A stretch of 64,000 nucleotides of DNA from a virus, in IMG/VR virus record IMGVR_UViG_3300027963_004416, positions 64,001 through 128,000 of that record; one strand, written 5' to 3'. The notes under the pieces were generated by a model that was given only the letters and a program-made list of their open reading frames with translations, was not told where the DNA came from and did no database searches. The number at the start of each line of letters is the position of its first letter. The first letter of the stretch is position 1. Both the position numbers and the translations under genes were made by a program. Shown here in pieces: positions 36,980-50,481 of this stretch.

Positions 36980-38995
36980 ATGACTAAACTTTTAACAAAT
37001 TATTCAAAACTACACTTAATAGATCAATTTATAGAGTCTTTTACGGAAAGCTCAAATAATGTTTATTATTTGTTTGTATCAAAACATACTGAATTTAATG
37101 ATGATAATGTACCTCCGGAGCTGTATGATAATACAGAGGTGTTAAAATCTAATTTTTATAAAGAATTAATCTTTGGTAAAAAGATCACCACTTCAGACGT
37201 AGCTACAATGATACCCAGATATAACTGGACATCAAACACAGTATACAGCCAGTATTCAGATACAGATACCTCTCTATTTTCTAAAAAGTTTTATGTAGTA
37301 GTAGACAACGGTTCATATTATTACGTTTATAAAGTCCTGGATAATAACTATGGTAGTACATCAACTGTAAGCCCTATTTCTAGCACTTCAGAGACCGCTT
37401 GTAATTTTATTACCACAGCCGATGGGTACATGTGGAAACTCATGTATAAGTTAGATGAAGCTAACTTTGAAAAGTTTGCTACTACTGATTACATGCCTGT
37501 AGCTTTTAGTACTAATGTATCTAGTTCTGCTGTTGCCGGCTCTATAGATAATATACTTGTTACTGATAGCGGGAGCGGGTATGTAAGCACTTTAACCGGT
37601 CAATTTCAATCCGACGATGTTAGAGATACTATACCTTTATTTGCAGGTAATAATACTACTTATAGACTTGTTTCTAATGCAGCCTCTAACAGTAGTTTTT
37701 ACGTTGGTAGCGCAATTTATCTTTCTTCTGGTACCGGAGCAGGTGAACAAAGGAATATTCTAGCATACAATTCTAGTAATAGAGTTATAACAATATCCTC
37801 GCCCTTCTCCGCTAGCCCTGATTCTACTACAAGTTATTTTATATATCCAAGTGTAACTATTACAGGGGACGGCTCAGGGGCTACTGCGTATGCTATTGTT
37901 TCGTCTAATGCTACTGTTAATAATTTTATCTCGTCAGTAAAAATTACTAATCGCGGTTATAACTACACATATGCATCTGCCACTGTTACTGGTAATACTG
38001 GCGGCGTGTCAAATACTGCTTCATTGAGGGTAGTTATGCCACCGGCTGGCGGTCATGGATATAACGCTCCGGAAGAGTTAGGCGCCTCACTCCTTGGGGT
38101 CAGTGTAAAATTAAGCAATACCGAAAATGACTATGTTACTACTGAAAATGATTTCAGAACCTACGGTATTGTAAGAGACATTCTATATGATAATGTTATT
38201 TTTACACTTAATCAAACTCAAGGTACGTTTACCGGCACGGAAAAAATATACCAAGTAGACTATAAGATATTAACTGGAGTAGTAGCTACAGGAGCTACAT
38301 CTAATACGATCACCGGTACCACTACAGATTTTACTTCATCATTAAAGACGGGCGATGAGGTTATCATATTTGACACAGTGGGTAATGTGCAGTGCTTAAG
38401 AACTGTAACCGCAATAGCTAATTCAACATCATTATCAGTAAATAGTAATGTTGGCTTTAGCGTTGCTAGTGCTCTTATAGCTCATGCAGCTATAACTGCT
38501 AGCGGAATCAGGGCAGGAAATACTTTACCGTACATGAACTTATCTAACGTCGAGCCTAAATTCTATACCGGTAGTAAGATTATTGGTAGTGAATCAGGCG
38601 CATGGGCTAATATTTCTGCAATAAATATTAATGATAAGAGTTATAATAGTTGGAATTTTTTTGATAATAGAATAAAGATTAATTACTCTTCTTCGGCTGG
38701 TGTAATACCTGAAGACTCACTTGTTTATCAGACTAGTATAGCTGATAGTAATGCATATTTCCATAGTAGTAATTCAAGCTTTATATTTCTTACTAATGAA
38801 AAAGGCACTATAACTGCAAATCCTAATCAACTTCTTTATTCCGGTAACAGTGCAGCAAGTTATACATTAGGATCGACACGATACGAGCCGGATATAGTTG
38901 AAAGTTCGGGTAAAGTTTTATACGTAGAAAATATTCTTCCAGTTACTAGAAGTAATACTCAATCTGAAGTTTTCAGAGTAGTGCTTGATTTCTAA
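36980..38995 (+). CDS. Baseplate wedge gp8-like protein
   Basis: IPRYNW, VYK.LDN, T.DGY.WK.MY, GGHG....EL, SG.VLYVEN..P.TR. Confidence 0.8.
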   Translation: MTKLLTNYSKLHLIDQFIESFTESSNNVYYLFVSKHTEFNDDNVPPELYDNTEVLKSNFYKELIFGKKITTSDVATMIPRYNWTSNTVYSQYSDTDTSLFSKKFYVVVDNGSYYYVYKVLDNNYGSTSTVSPISSTSETACNFITTADGYMWKLMYKLDEANFEKFATTDYMPVAFSTNVSSSAVAGSIDNILVTDSGSGYVSTLTGQFQSDDVRDTIPLFAGNNTTYRLVSNAASNSSFYVGSAIYLSSGTGAGEQRNILAYNSSNRVITISSPFSASPDSTTSYFIYPSVTITGDGSGATAYAIVSSNATVNNFISSVKITNRGYNYTYASATVTGNTGGVSNTASLRVVMPPAGGHGYNAPEELGASLLGVSVKLSNTENDYVTTENDFRTYGIVRDILYDNVIFTLNQTQGTFTGTEKIYQVDYKILTGVVATGATSNTITGTTTDFTSSLKTGDEVIIFDTVGNVQCLRTVTAIANSTSLSVNSNVGFSVASALIAHAAITASGIRAGNTLPYMNLSNVEPKFYTGSKIIGSESGAWANISAININDKSYNSWNFFDNRIKINYSSSAGVIPEDSLVYQTSIADSNAYFHSSNSSFIFLTNEKGTITANPNQLLYSGNSAASYTLGSTRYEPDIVESSGKVLYVENILPVTRSNTQSEVFRVVLDF

Positions 38996-39004
38996 GAGGT
39001 AAAA

Positions 39005-42000
39005 ATGTCAATCGAGACAAATCTTAACACAACCCCGTATTTTGATGATTATAGCGAACAGAAAGACTTTGCAAAGGTTCTTTTTAGGCCTGGTGTAGCT
39101 CTTCAAGCTAGAGAATTAACTCAACTTCAAGATATACTACAGAAGCAAATAGAACGATTTGGTGATCATATCTTCAAGTCTGGTACAGTTATAAGCGGTA
39201 CTAACTTTCAGTTTTATGATAGATTAAACTATGTTAAGATTTTAGATGAGCAGGTAGACGGGATGCCTGTTAATCCAGCCGGGTATCAAGGCCTTTTTGT
39301 TAAAAATAGTTCCAATTTAATTGCTAAGGTAGTTAATTACAAAACCGGTTATCAGTCACGCGATCCAGAAACTAACTATCTCTATTTAAATTATTTAAAT
39401 TCAAGTATCACAGGTAATACACCTTTTTATTCTAATAATGATGTACTTACAGTCTATAATCAAGATTGGAGATTATATGACTTTACCATAACTAATGGTG
39501 GTACATCTATATCAAATAATGACTCAGTACAAATTACTAGCGCGCTTCTAGTAAAATCAAGTAATGTTACTACAGGTGATATCACCCAAGTCGTAGGCAC
39601 AAATACGGCTAACGCTACAGTTACTGAAGCAAATTCTATTTTCGGTACTATTACAGTAAACGGTATTACTTATAGTAATAATGACGGCTATAGAATACTT
39701 AGAATTAGACCTATAACCAATGATCTAGCTAACTCATCTGCAAATTCTGCTAAGTGGTCTATTTTACCTAACTATAGTGTTTTACAGGGTAGCAATACAG
39801 CTAACGTAGTAGCGTTGATAGGTACAGGAGCTAAAGCTACCATTACAACAGACGGCTCAGGTATAATATCGGATGTGTCCCTTACTGCGGTGGGCAGTGG
39901 CTACGTAGTCGTACCTCACGTTGGAATTCGTAGTTCAGTAGGAGCAATTAGTTCAGTAAATATTACTGCATTAAATTACGCCGGTCAAGTAACTGTAGCT
40001 TCAGATGCTTACAACGCTAACAGTACTACCCCCGTCGGTACAGCGTATGCATTCGGAGTGACCGAAGGTATTATTTACCAGAAAGGAATGTTCTTAAGAG
40101 TTGAGCCTCAGACTATAATAGTTAATTCTTATAGCTCTAATGTAGATAATGTGACGGTAGGATTTATATCAAACGAAAGTATAGTCAATAGTTCAGCTGA
40201 TGCGTCTCTTCTTGACACTGCAACAGGAACATCTAATTTTGCCGCACCAGGTGCGCATCGTTTAAAGCTCACACCTACCTTAGAAGTAATAAACACTTCC
40301 AATGCTGCATCTAATAATTCATTCTTTCCGCTAGTTGATTTTAGAGATGGTCAACCTTACCGTCAGTTTAAAACAACATCTTACTCAGAAATTGCAAAAG
40401 AATTCGAAAGAAGAACGGATGAGACTAATGGTAACTTTGTTATAGATCCTTTTTTAGTATCTTCAACCGATAAAGAAACTTGGAGCAATACTTATTTTGA
40501 CGTTATAGTGGAGCCTGGTCTAGCATATATTGATGGGGTACGAGTTGGTACAGAAAGAGCTACTAGACTCAACACAAGAAGAGGTAATGATAGTATCTCT
40601 TATACTAATCAAACTTTAAGTTTAAACTATGGAAATTTTGTTAATGTAAGAGAGCTAGCAGGGCAGTTTAATTTTAAAACTGGTGATTCGGTAGACCTAT
40701 ACGACACAGCTAAAACTTATATAACTACAGGTACTTTTGCTAATTCTACTATTACGCCTGCAGGTAATAAAATAGGTACTGCTAAAGTTAGGTCTCTGGT
40801 TTTTGATAGCGGCACACCAGGCACTAACACTGCTGTTTATAGAATGTATCTTTTTGATATAAGAGTAGACCAAGGAAAGTCGTTTAAAAATAATGTTAAG
40901 AGTATTTTTTATAACGGGACAGATGATGGCATTGCTGACATCATACTAAGCGATGATCCTGCATCAGGCGCTAATGTAGCATTGTTACGCGATAGTACTT
41001 TTAATTCATTAGTTTTCCCTGTAGATGATCTAGCAGGTTCAAAAACTGTTTATAGTACAAATAATGTATCCTATAGCTACAGAACATCCGCTCAGTCAAA
41101 TATAAGCACTGTGGCTAGAATTTCGTTAGTATTAACAGGTGGCACTACTAGATTTCCATATGGAAATAATGTAACTCTATCCTCTGTCCAGAGAAGAGAT
41201 CTAATAATTACTCCTATAGTTAATGCTACGTCAAGTAATGTAACTACTAATGTTACTGCAACAAGCTCTAGCAAAACTATTATAGCTACCGGTATAGGTG
41301 ATCCGTTCGAAGCCGGTGACTTTATTAAAGTATATAATAACAGTAATACCGCACAGACTATGTTTACTCAGGTTACATCAGTCGATGATGCTTTCACTCT
41401 AACTGTAGCTAATAATTGGGGGTACGGTACAAATACTCAACTATACGCTGCAAGACATTTTCCAGCCAATGTACCTATCCCAATCGAAGATTCAAGAGTT
41501 TCGGCTAACTTAAACAATACGGGCACTACCCTAACAATTAATTTAAGTAATACTGCCGGGCAGCTTACTTTCAGCTCATCTGCTAATGTATACGTCTCAT
41601 ATAACGCTAAGGTCACTGGTGCCCAAGAGGTATCTAAGTCAATTAAAAGAGGATTATTAGTAAAGCTTCGCTTAGCTAATAATGTTGCAACTAATAGAGG
41701 ACCATGGTGTTTAGGTATCCCAGATGTTTTTAGACTAAACAAAGTATACATCGGAAATAGTAGTGTTAATACTAATTCTACTAGTATTACTCAATACTTT
41801 TATGTTAATAATGGTCAACAAAACGACTATTACGGGCACTCACATTTAGTATTAAAAGACAAGAAAAAAATTACATTAGATAATAATAATGATTGGCTAT
41901 TAGTAGAGGTTGACGCTTACGGCCTAACCTCACCTGCAGATGCTGGATACTTCGTGACAGATTCATACACCGTAGATTTCAGCAACGCTACTAGAAGTGC

Positions 42001-43588
42001 ATTGGGTAATTCAGCTGTTAATCCAGGGGAAATACCAGATTTTAGGGACAGCAAAGGTAAGGTTTATAATATTATTGATGTAGTGGATTTTAGACCTAGA
42101 ACTACCAACACGACGGTTTTAACTAGTACATTAGCAAGTGCTAATGTCAACCCACCCAATACGGTAAATCTTGGCACACATGATAAGCTCTTCCCCCAGC
42201 CTGACTCTTCATTTACATACGACTTTTCTGCATTTATTGGCAGACAGGACAGAGTTGTAATAGACAAAAATAGTAATATTACAGTTATTGAGGGTAGAGC
42301 AGATAAAGTTAACAAACAGCCTCCTAATACACCAGTAGGTACAGTAAGCTTAGCTATTCTAGATATACCGCCGTATCCTACCGTACCAGTAGTACCTAAT
42401 GATAATGTAGTAGCTTTAGGTGCTACGAAGGTAGGAGGAGATAGCGGTCCAATATATGATAAGCAAAAAAATTATACAGTAAAAGAAGTAGGGATGACCT
42501 TACAGAGCATTCAGCCAAAAAGATTTACTATGGCTGATATTGGTAAACTTGAACGTAGAATTGAAGATTTAGAATACTATACTAGCCTTAACGAGCTAGA
42601 AAAATCAGTAAAAGATATAAACATTCCTAGTGAGCTGGACCCTGCTAAAAATAGATTTAAAAATGGATTTTTTGTAGATCCGTTTAATGACTATGCTGCT
42701 ACAGATATTAGCAACCCTGAGTTAACATGCGAGATTAACCAGGCAATAAGTCTACTTGTACCTCCGTCAGATAAACTAAACTTAATGTGCAGATTTAATT
42801 ACAGTAATACTAATACATTAGGTAGTCTTAGATCTGAGGACCCTTTAGCTGAACCAGGTCTTAATAATTTTGGTGAATCAGTTTTAATGTTACCACCAAA
42901 CGGAGTATCTGCAATTATTAATCAAGGAAAATTTACTTCTGCCGTGACAGGGACTGGGGGTAATTATGTGTTCGTAGGTGATATGAGTATTAAGCCAAGA
43001 AACCTTAAAGTAGAGCTTAAGGCCGAACTTCGCATTACTCAACGATATGCATCACCTGAACCTCCAAGGAGATTTAAAATTATTTGCGGAGAGCTAGCAT
43101 CTCAAGGTAAACTTGATAAGACTCTAAATGAGCTAGATCAAAAGTTTGGATTAATATATCTAAAAAGATACCCTACAAGCTACATGGGATATCTATATTT
43201 CGCCTCCTTTATAGTTGCGGTGTTGAGAAATGAAGACACCCCTGGGTTTGAATTTATAAAAAATAAAGAAAAACAAAAACAGATTAAAAATAAAATTACA
43301 CAGCTTGCTATAAAGTATGCCGGTATAGATGACTGGGCTCAATTTATGGGGTGGGTAATGACAGGCGGAAAGGGATATAACTTTACACTAACAGGGGCAG
43401 CTGTAACAGCCTGGGGTGTACTGTTAGGGTATATTTTAGGTCTTATTTTTAATCCTAAAGCCCCTTTAAACACTTTAAGAGCTTACATAGCGCTGGTTGT
43501 GGGTTGGTCTTTTGCTCCTATAGCTACGATTTGTAAACCTATAGATTACTGCATTAATATTTTTAGAAAATTCAGAGGTAAGAAGTAA
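39005..43588 (+). CDS. VrlC/DUF4815-like virion structural protein, N-terminal part
   Basis: PYFDD, LFRPG..LQARELTQLQ, APGAHR.K, FTM.DIGKLE.RI..LEYYTSL, RFKNGFFVD.F. Confidence 0.85.
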   Translation: MSIETNLNTTPYFDDYSEQKDFAKVLFRPGVALQARELTQLQDILQKQIERFGDHIFKSGTVISGTNFQFYDRLNYVKILDEQVDGMPVNPAGYQGLFVKNSSNLIAKVVNYKTGYQSRDPETNYLYLNYLNSSITGNTPFYSNNDVLTVYNQDWRLYDFTITNGGTSISNNDSVQITSALLVKSSNVTTGDITQVVGTNTANATVTEANSIFGTITVNGITYSNNDGYRILRIRPITNDLANSSANSAKWSILPNYSVLQGSNTANVVALIGTGAKATITTDGSGIISDVSLTAVGSGYVVVPHVGIRSSVGAISSVNITALNYAGQVTVASDAYNANSTTPVGTAYAFGVTEGIIYQKGMFLRVEPQTIIVNSYSSNVDNVTVGFISNESIVNSSADASLLDTATGTSNFAAPGAHRLKLTPTLEVINTSNAASNNSFFPLVDFRDGQPYRQFKTTSYSEIAKEFERRTDETNGNFVIDPFLVSSTDKETWSNTYFDVIVEPGLAYIDGVRVGTERATRLNTRRGNDSISYTNQTLSLNYGNFVNVRELAGQFNFKTGDSVDLYDTAKTYITTGTFANSTITPAGNKIGTAKVRSLVFDSGTPGTNTAVYRMYLFDIRVDQGKSFKNNVKSIFYNGTDDGIADIILSDDPASGANVALLRDSTFNSLVFPVDDLAGSKTVYSTNNVSYSYRTSAQSNISTVARISLVLTGGTTRFPYGNNVTLSSVQRRDLIITPIVNATSSNVTTNVTATSSSKTIIATGIGDPFEAGDFIKVYNNSNTAQTMFTQVTSVDDAFTLTVANNWGYGTNTQLYAARHFPANVPIPIEDSRVSANLNNTGTTLTINLSNTAGQLTFSSSANVYVSYNAKVTGAQEVSKSIKRGLLVKLRLANNVATNRGPWCLGIPDVFRLNKVYIGNSSVNTNSTSITQYFYVNNGQQNDYYGHSHLVLKDKKKITLDNNNDWLLVEVDAYGLTSPADAGYFVTDSYTVDFSNATRSALGNSAVNPGEIPDFRDSKGKVYNIIDVVDFRPRTTNTTVLTSTLASANVNPPNTVNLGTHDKLFPQPDSSFTYDFSAFIGRQDRVVIDKNSNITVIEGRADKVNKQPPNTPVGTVSLAILDIPPYPTVPVVPNDNVVALGATKVGGDSGPIYDKQKNYTVKEVGMTLQSIQPKRFTMADIGKLERRIEDLEYYTSLNELEKSVKDINIPSELDPAKNRFKNGFFVDPFNDYAATDISNPELTCEINQAISLLVPPSDKLNLMCRFNYSNTNTLGSLRSEDPLAEPGLNNFGESVLMLPPNGVSAIINQGKFTSAVTGTGGNYVFVGDMSIKPRNLKVELKAELRITQRYASPEPPRRFKIICGELASQGKLDKTLNELDQKFGLIYLKRYPTSYMGYLYFASFIVAVLRNEDTPGFEFIKNKEKQKQIKNKITQLAIKYAGIDDWAQFMGWVMTGGKGYNFTLTGAAVTAWGVLLGYILGLIFNPKAPLNTLRAYIALVVGWSFAPIATICKPIDYCINIFRKFRGKK

Positions 43589-44136
43589 TGACTAATTTTT
43601 TAAACAATACATCCGCGTTTAAGGTTGCTATACCTGCAGGATCAAATGATCAAGGAATATCATCGAGTATTCTTTCATCTCAACAAATCGCAGGTCAAAG
43701 CTTTGAAGTATATATCTACGGACTAAATATACGAACAGATCTTAATGTTTATATTGATGGTGTTCTTGTTAGCACCAGTAATATCCAGCCTTATACCGGG
43801 CAGAAGGGCGGTAATTTACAGACTGACGGTAATGGTAATGTGAGCTTCTACGTTTATTTTAGTGATCCTGTCCCTAATATTAAAAATGTACCTGAAGCCG
43901 ACTTTATTAATGCTTTAAAAAGAAATACAAAATTATTAAATGTAGTAGTAGTTGACCGGGCAAGTATAAACGGCTCAAGTCTTCCAGATAATTTTAGAAC
44001 GATTGCACGGTGTTATGCCGAGCAAAGTATTAATAGAACATATGAGACCACATTTAATGTTGTTAGAGATGTTATAGATACTAGAACAAATTCAAAAAGT
44101 ACCACTACTCTTGGCTCACAAACTCTACTTACTTAA
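43588..44136 (+). CDS. Virion structural protein (probable middle segment of VrlC-like protein)
   Basis: GL..........DG...L.TDGNG...F pattern; synteny. Confidence 0.55.
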   Translation: MTNFLNNTSAFKVAIPAGSNDQGISSSILSSQQIAGQSFEVYIYGLNIRTDLNVYIDGVLVSTSNIQPYTGQKGGNLQTDGNGNVSFYVYFSDPVPNIKNVPEADFINALKRNTKLLNVVVVDRASINGSSLPDNFRTIARCYAEQSINRTYETTFNVVRDVIDTRTNSKSTTTLGSQTLLT

Positions 44137-44147
44137 TGGAATAAAAA

Positions 44148-46238
44148 ATGGCAATTGCAGCAGATCTAGCTCAAACTTTCTTTTTAGATAGAACCTCCGT
44201 AAAGGATGCTGAGGTTGTTTTTGTTTCTAATGTTCAACTTTATTTTAGAAACAAACCCTCAATAGCTCAAGGCGGTGTAACTGTTTTTTTATGCCCCACT
44301 TATTTTGAGAATGGATTTGCTGTTCCTGATCTAACAAATTTTGTAACTTATGGCAGAAAAAGATTAGAATATTCCAGCATTCTAACATCAACAGACGGAA
44401 GCGCAGCTACTACCTTTACATTCCCTGTACCAGTACCAGTTAAAACTGATGCAACGTATGCGATGGTAATCAGAATGGACTTTAATGATAATGACTATAC
44501 ATTCTGGGCTAATAAAACTGGAGAAACATACAATAACGTAGCCAGCCCTGCTGTGACTAAAGGTGCCCTAGATGGTAGATTCTTTGTAATAACTAATGGC
44601 ACCACACTTACACCGCAATCTGATACAGATCTTAAGTTTACTGTTAATTTTCAGAAATTTATAACCAACAGCAATACATATAGCGCAGTTAATAGAAATA
44701 TGGAATTTCTTAATGTAGATCCTACGGATATAATTGGGGACTTTATAGGTGGCGAGCTGGTATTTGCAAATACAGGTGCCGTTGCTGCGCAGACTGTAAG
44801 TATGTCCGCTACATCTACTACAATTACCGGTACTGGTACCAGATTTGCTACAGATTTTAATGCCTCTAGTTATATAGTTCTTAAAAGTGGTACAAGCTAC
44901 TCTATAAGAGCTGTTGATAGTGTGGTGAATAATACTACAATGATATTGGAAAAAAATCCGCCATTTACAAATTCTTCAGCGCAATATCTAGTAGCACCTG
45001 TAGGTAAACTATTTAAATATAACCCTGGTGCTAATTCTATTATTTTAGTGGCCTCAACAGCAAATAGTACCTTTAACTTCTACCCTAATACTACCTCAAA
45101 TACAGTAGTAGGTGAAGCTTCGAATGCTACGGCTATAGTAAGCGAATTAAATAACTTTTTACTGACTAAATATGAGTCGGCATTTAACATAGTAGTTCCT
45201 CCTAATACATATTCAACCGTAACCGGTTCAATGGCTAGTGCCACTTATTCGGCGGTGTCCGATGGTGAAATACTTCAAAATAGAGAAAAATGGAAGTTGA
45301 ATACTACTACTCAGTTATTTTCTAGATCAGATGAAGTTGCGAACGGCGCCACGCTTACAAATAATAAATCATTCAATTTTAATATAACATTTAGTAGTGA
45401 TAATGAGTTTACCTCGCCCTTCTTAGATGAGGAAGATATGTTCTTCTTCGGCGAGGAATTCCTAATTAATAACGACATAACAGATGAGAATAAACCAAAC
45501 GGCAACGCTGTAGCAAGACATATATCAAAAAGAATTACATTAGCTGATGGGCAAGATTCTGAAGATATTCGAGTTTATCTAACTGCCTTTAGACCATCAG
45601 GTACCGATGTTCATGTATATGTAAGATTCTATAACGAAAGTGATTCGGATGTCTTTACCGATAAAGATTGGACAAGACTCGAACCTAAGAGCCCTGCTAC
45701 CTTGTTTAGCTCTGCTGCTGATTTTACTGACTTTATAGAATTAGAATATAGATTACCTGCTTACCCGGTGGAAAATTATACAACCGGTACTAAAGCTGCT
45801 GGTACTTTGCAGGCCGGTAAATTTACCATACCTAATAATTCTCTTACAGTAACTGGCACATCAGGTACTGTTAATACTGGTATATCACAGGGTGATGTTG
45901 TTAGAATTTATGACCCTCTATTCCCAAACAACTCCCTAGTCGTTCCAGTCTCGGCTTCAACAACTACTAACTTTACTATAGATCTTCAGTCAAATGTAAG
46001 CACTTCTAATACGAAGACTTCTAGCTTCGTCAAGTCTGGAATGATTGTAGAAAAAGTTACGTATAAAAATACTGCATTTAAGAATTATATCGGCAATAAC
46101 GTTGTTAGATATTATAATTCTAATCTAGCAGCACTAGATACATATAAGAGCTTTGCCTTTAAAATTATTTTAACCTCTAGCGTCAACAATCTATATCCGT
46201 TTGTTGATGATATTAGAGGTATCGCAATGAGTATATAA
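44148..46238 (+). CDS. Virion structural protein (VrlC-like C-terminal segment)
   Basis: LAQTF, LYF..KP, TTFTF..PV, DLKF, F..KI.L, P...D.R.IA. Confidence 0.75.
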   Translation: MAIAADLAQTFFLDRTSVKDAEVVFVSNVQLYFRNKPSIAQGGVTVFLCPTYFENGFAVPDLTNFVTYGRKRLEYSSILTSTDGSAATTFTFPVPVPVKTDATYAMVIRMDFNDNDYTFWANKTGETYNNVASPAVTKGALDGRFFVITNGTTLTPQSDTDLKFTVNFQKFITNSNTYSAVNRNMEFLNVDPTDIIGDFIGGELVFANTGAVAAQTVSMSATSTTITGTGTRFATDFNASSYIVLKSGTSYSIRAVDSVVNNTTMILEKNPPFTNSSAQYLVAPVGKLFKYNPGANSIILVASTANSTFNFYPNTTSNTVVGEASNATAIVSELNNFLLTKYESAFNIVVPPNTYSTVTGSMASATYSAVSDGEILQNREKWKLNTTTQLFSRSDEVANGATLTNNKSFNFNITFSSDNEFTSPFLDEEDMFFFGEEFLINNDITDENKPNGNAVARHISKRITLADGQDSEDIRVYLTAFRPSGTDVHVYVRFYNESDSDVFTDKDWTRLEPKSPATLFSSAADFTDFIELEYRLPAYPVENYTTGTKAAGTLQAGKFTIPNNSLTVTGTSGTVNTGISQGDVVRIYDPLFPNNSLVVPVSASTTTNFTIDLQSNVSTSNTKTSSFVKSGMIVEKVTYKNTAFKNYIGNNVVRYYNSNLAALDTYKSFAFKIILTSSVNNLYPFVDDIRGIAMSI

Positions 46239-46450
46239 TGAAAGAATTAAAGATAGAAGGTTTCGCTCGAGATAAACAAAACTATGCACTCCTTAACGTA
46301 GATAAAGCAGGCTATGAGGAATATCGACGTCAACGTAATGAAAGTCAAAGAGTTCATCATATAGAGAGTGAAGTTAAAAGTTTAAAGGATGACATAAGCG
46401 AAATAAAAAATATTTTATTAGCTTTATTAAACGGAAATAAAAATGTCTAG
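46238..46450 (+). CDS. Small conserved coiled-coil protein
   Basis: RD....A.LN.D...Y..Y...R, LK.DISEIK..L. Confidence 0.75.
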   Translation: MKELKIEGFARDKQNYALLNVDKAGYEEYRRQRNESQRVHHIESEVKSLKDDISEIKNILLALLNGNKNV

Positions 46451-47969
46451 ACTAATAGCAAACGTACAAATAGCAACTGACACATTTAATGGATGGGTTA
46501 CTAAAACTAATGAGTTACTAAATTCTCATACTAATGAAATAGTCACTGCATCTAATACCGCAGCTGGCGCTAATACGTACGGTAATGTTAGTGTAATAGG
46601 CGTTCTTTCTGCCAATATCTTAACCACTCCATCTTTATATGGCGGTAATTCTGGTAACGCAGCCACATTAACTACTCTTACTGTTGGTATCAGTAACAGC
46701 AGCGCTTCTTCTAACGTAGTGTTAACAGGCTATACTGCTAATATAACAGCTAACAATATAAACTTACTTTCAAACACAGTATTAAATGCTGCTAACATTT
46801 ATGCCAATTCAGCAGTTTATAGAGCTGTTGCTAATATTGCATTGAGCGGTAATTCAACTACAAACAATGTATTAATAACTGGTAATACGACTGCTACAGC
46901 TGTTACTGTAAATGGTAATACCTCGGGTATAAACACAACCTCATTCTCGATTAATTCAGTTTCAACTATCACAGGTAACACTACATTAAAAGCAAATACT
47001 TCAGTTACAAACATTACTGTTCTTGGCGGTACAACTTCTAATGTTACACTAACTGGTAATTTAGTAACTATTAGTAGCAACCTTACAGTATCAGCAAACG
47101 TAACTTCTATTACTGGCAATGTTACGTTTGATTCTAATTCACTCTTTATTGACTCTGTTAATGATAGAGTAGGTATTCTAACTACATCACCGAGTTATGC
47201 CTTACATGTTAAAGGTTCAAATACCTCTACAATGGTTGGTGTTGAGAACTCACAGGATAATACATTATTTACTGTCCTAAGTTCTAATTCAATAACCAGT
47301 ACCCCTAGTATAATTGCTAAATCTGGTACAAACACTTCTCTTGTATTTGCATCTAATAATGCCAGTGGTACATCAGGTAAGTTAATTATAGCAGCAAATG
47401 GTAATGTTGGAATTGCAAACGCGACCCCTGATGCATTGGTAACAATAGGTGCAGGTACAAAGGTTTACTCAAATGGCACGTTTCAAACCTCTGGTGATTT
47501 GATATGCTCGGGTGATCTTTATGCTAATATAGTATTCATGGGCGGTACATCACAGGCTACAGTTACTGCTACTGTTTGTCCTATTGTTCCTCCTAACACT
47601 ACCTACAGCTCAGCTGAGCCTGGTCCTTATACCTTCCTAGTTTTCTCTAATACAGAACCGCAACGAGTAGATGTCATCGATAAAGCTCAAGGTACTGGAT
47701 ATCAAGCAGTTAAGTATACTATCCAGGTTCAAGATAATGAAGTGGCTAACGAAGTGTTTATGACTGAAGTCAGTATGATTTATGGATACGGTAACGCACA
47801 CTCAACTCAATATGGTACAATATATACTAACTCTGCTTTTGTTGAGGTATCGGTAGGTGCTAATTCTACTTACTACTGGCTACAAGCTGCTCCCACTACC
47901 GCTTACTTAACATCTAAAGGTGGGTCAGCTAACTTACAATTTAGAGGTGTGCGCCAGAAGGCCAGGTAG
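46443..47969 (+). CDS. Tail fibre-like structural protein
   Basis: TDTF..W..KTN start; N/T/S-rich; VGI...P...LHV motif. Confidence 0.7.
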   Translation: MSRLIANVQIATDTFNGWVTKTNELLNSHTNEIVTASNTAAGANTYGNVSVIGVLSANILTTPSLYGGNSGNAATLTTLTVGISNSSASSNVVLTGYTANITANNINLLSNTVLNAANIYANSAVYRAVANIALSGNSTTNNVLITGNTTATAVTVNGNTSGINTTSFSINSVSTITGNTTLKANTSVTNITVLGGTTSNVTLTGNLVTISSNLTVSANVTSITGNVTFDSNSLFIDSVNDRVGILTTSPSYALHVKGSNTSTMVGVENSQDNTLFTVLSSNSITSTPSIIAKSGTNTSLVFASNNASGTSGKLIIAANGNVGIANATPDALVTIGAGTKVYSNGTFQTSGDLICSGDLYANIVFMGGTSQATVTATVCPIVPPNTTYSSAEPGPYTFLVFSNTEPQRVDVIDKAQGTGYQAVKYTIQVQDNEVANEVFMTEVSMIYGYGNAHSTQYGTIYTNSAFVEVSVGANSTYYWLQAAPTTAYLTSKGGSANLQFRGVRQKAR

Positions 47970-47977
47970 TATAAATA
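47970..47977 (+). promoter_or_regulatory. T4 late promoter TATAAATA
   Basis: Exact consensus, intergenic before fibre gene. Confidence 0.75.
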
Positions 47978-48011
47978 ATAAAATAATAACAAGTTAGCGG
48001 AAGGGAAGCTA

Positions 48012-50133
<2,122 letters not shown>

Positions 50134-50144
<11 letters not shown>

Positions 50145-50463
50145 GGCTAACTTAATTATAGATCAAGGCGCAACGTATAGTACGACTATTGATATTGCAG
50201 ATGAATACGGGGTTGCAATAAACCTTACTAACTATACTGGAGCGGCGCAGATGAGAAAGCATTACACCTCATCTAATGCAGCTTCATTTACAGTTAGTCT
50301 TGGAGGAGCTGATGGTACCTTGACACTTTCTATGTCAGCAAATGCAACAGCTAATATAGTTGCAGGAAGATATGTTTACGATGTAGAACTTACTTCTAAT
50401 ACTGGTGTAATTTCTAGAGTATTAGAAGGTATAGTTACTGTAACTCCTAATGTAACAAGATAA
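50134..50463 (+). CDS. Conserved fibre-associated protein
   Basis: IDQGAT, GRYVYDVE, RVLEG.VTVTP.VT. Confidence 0.75.
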
Positions 50464-50481
50464 CTTATATACATATATAAT

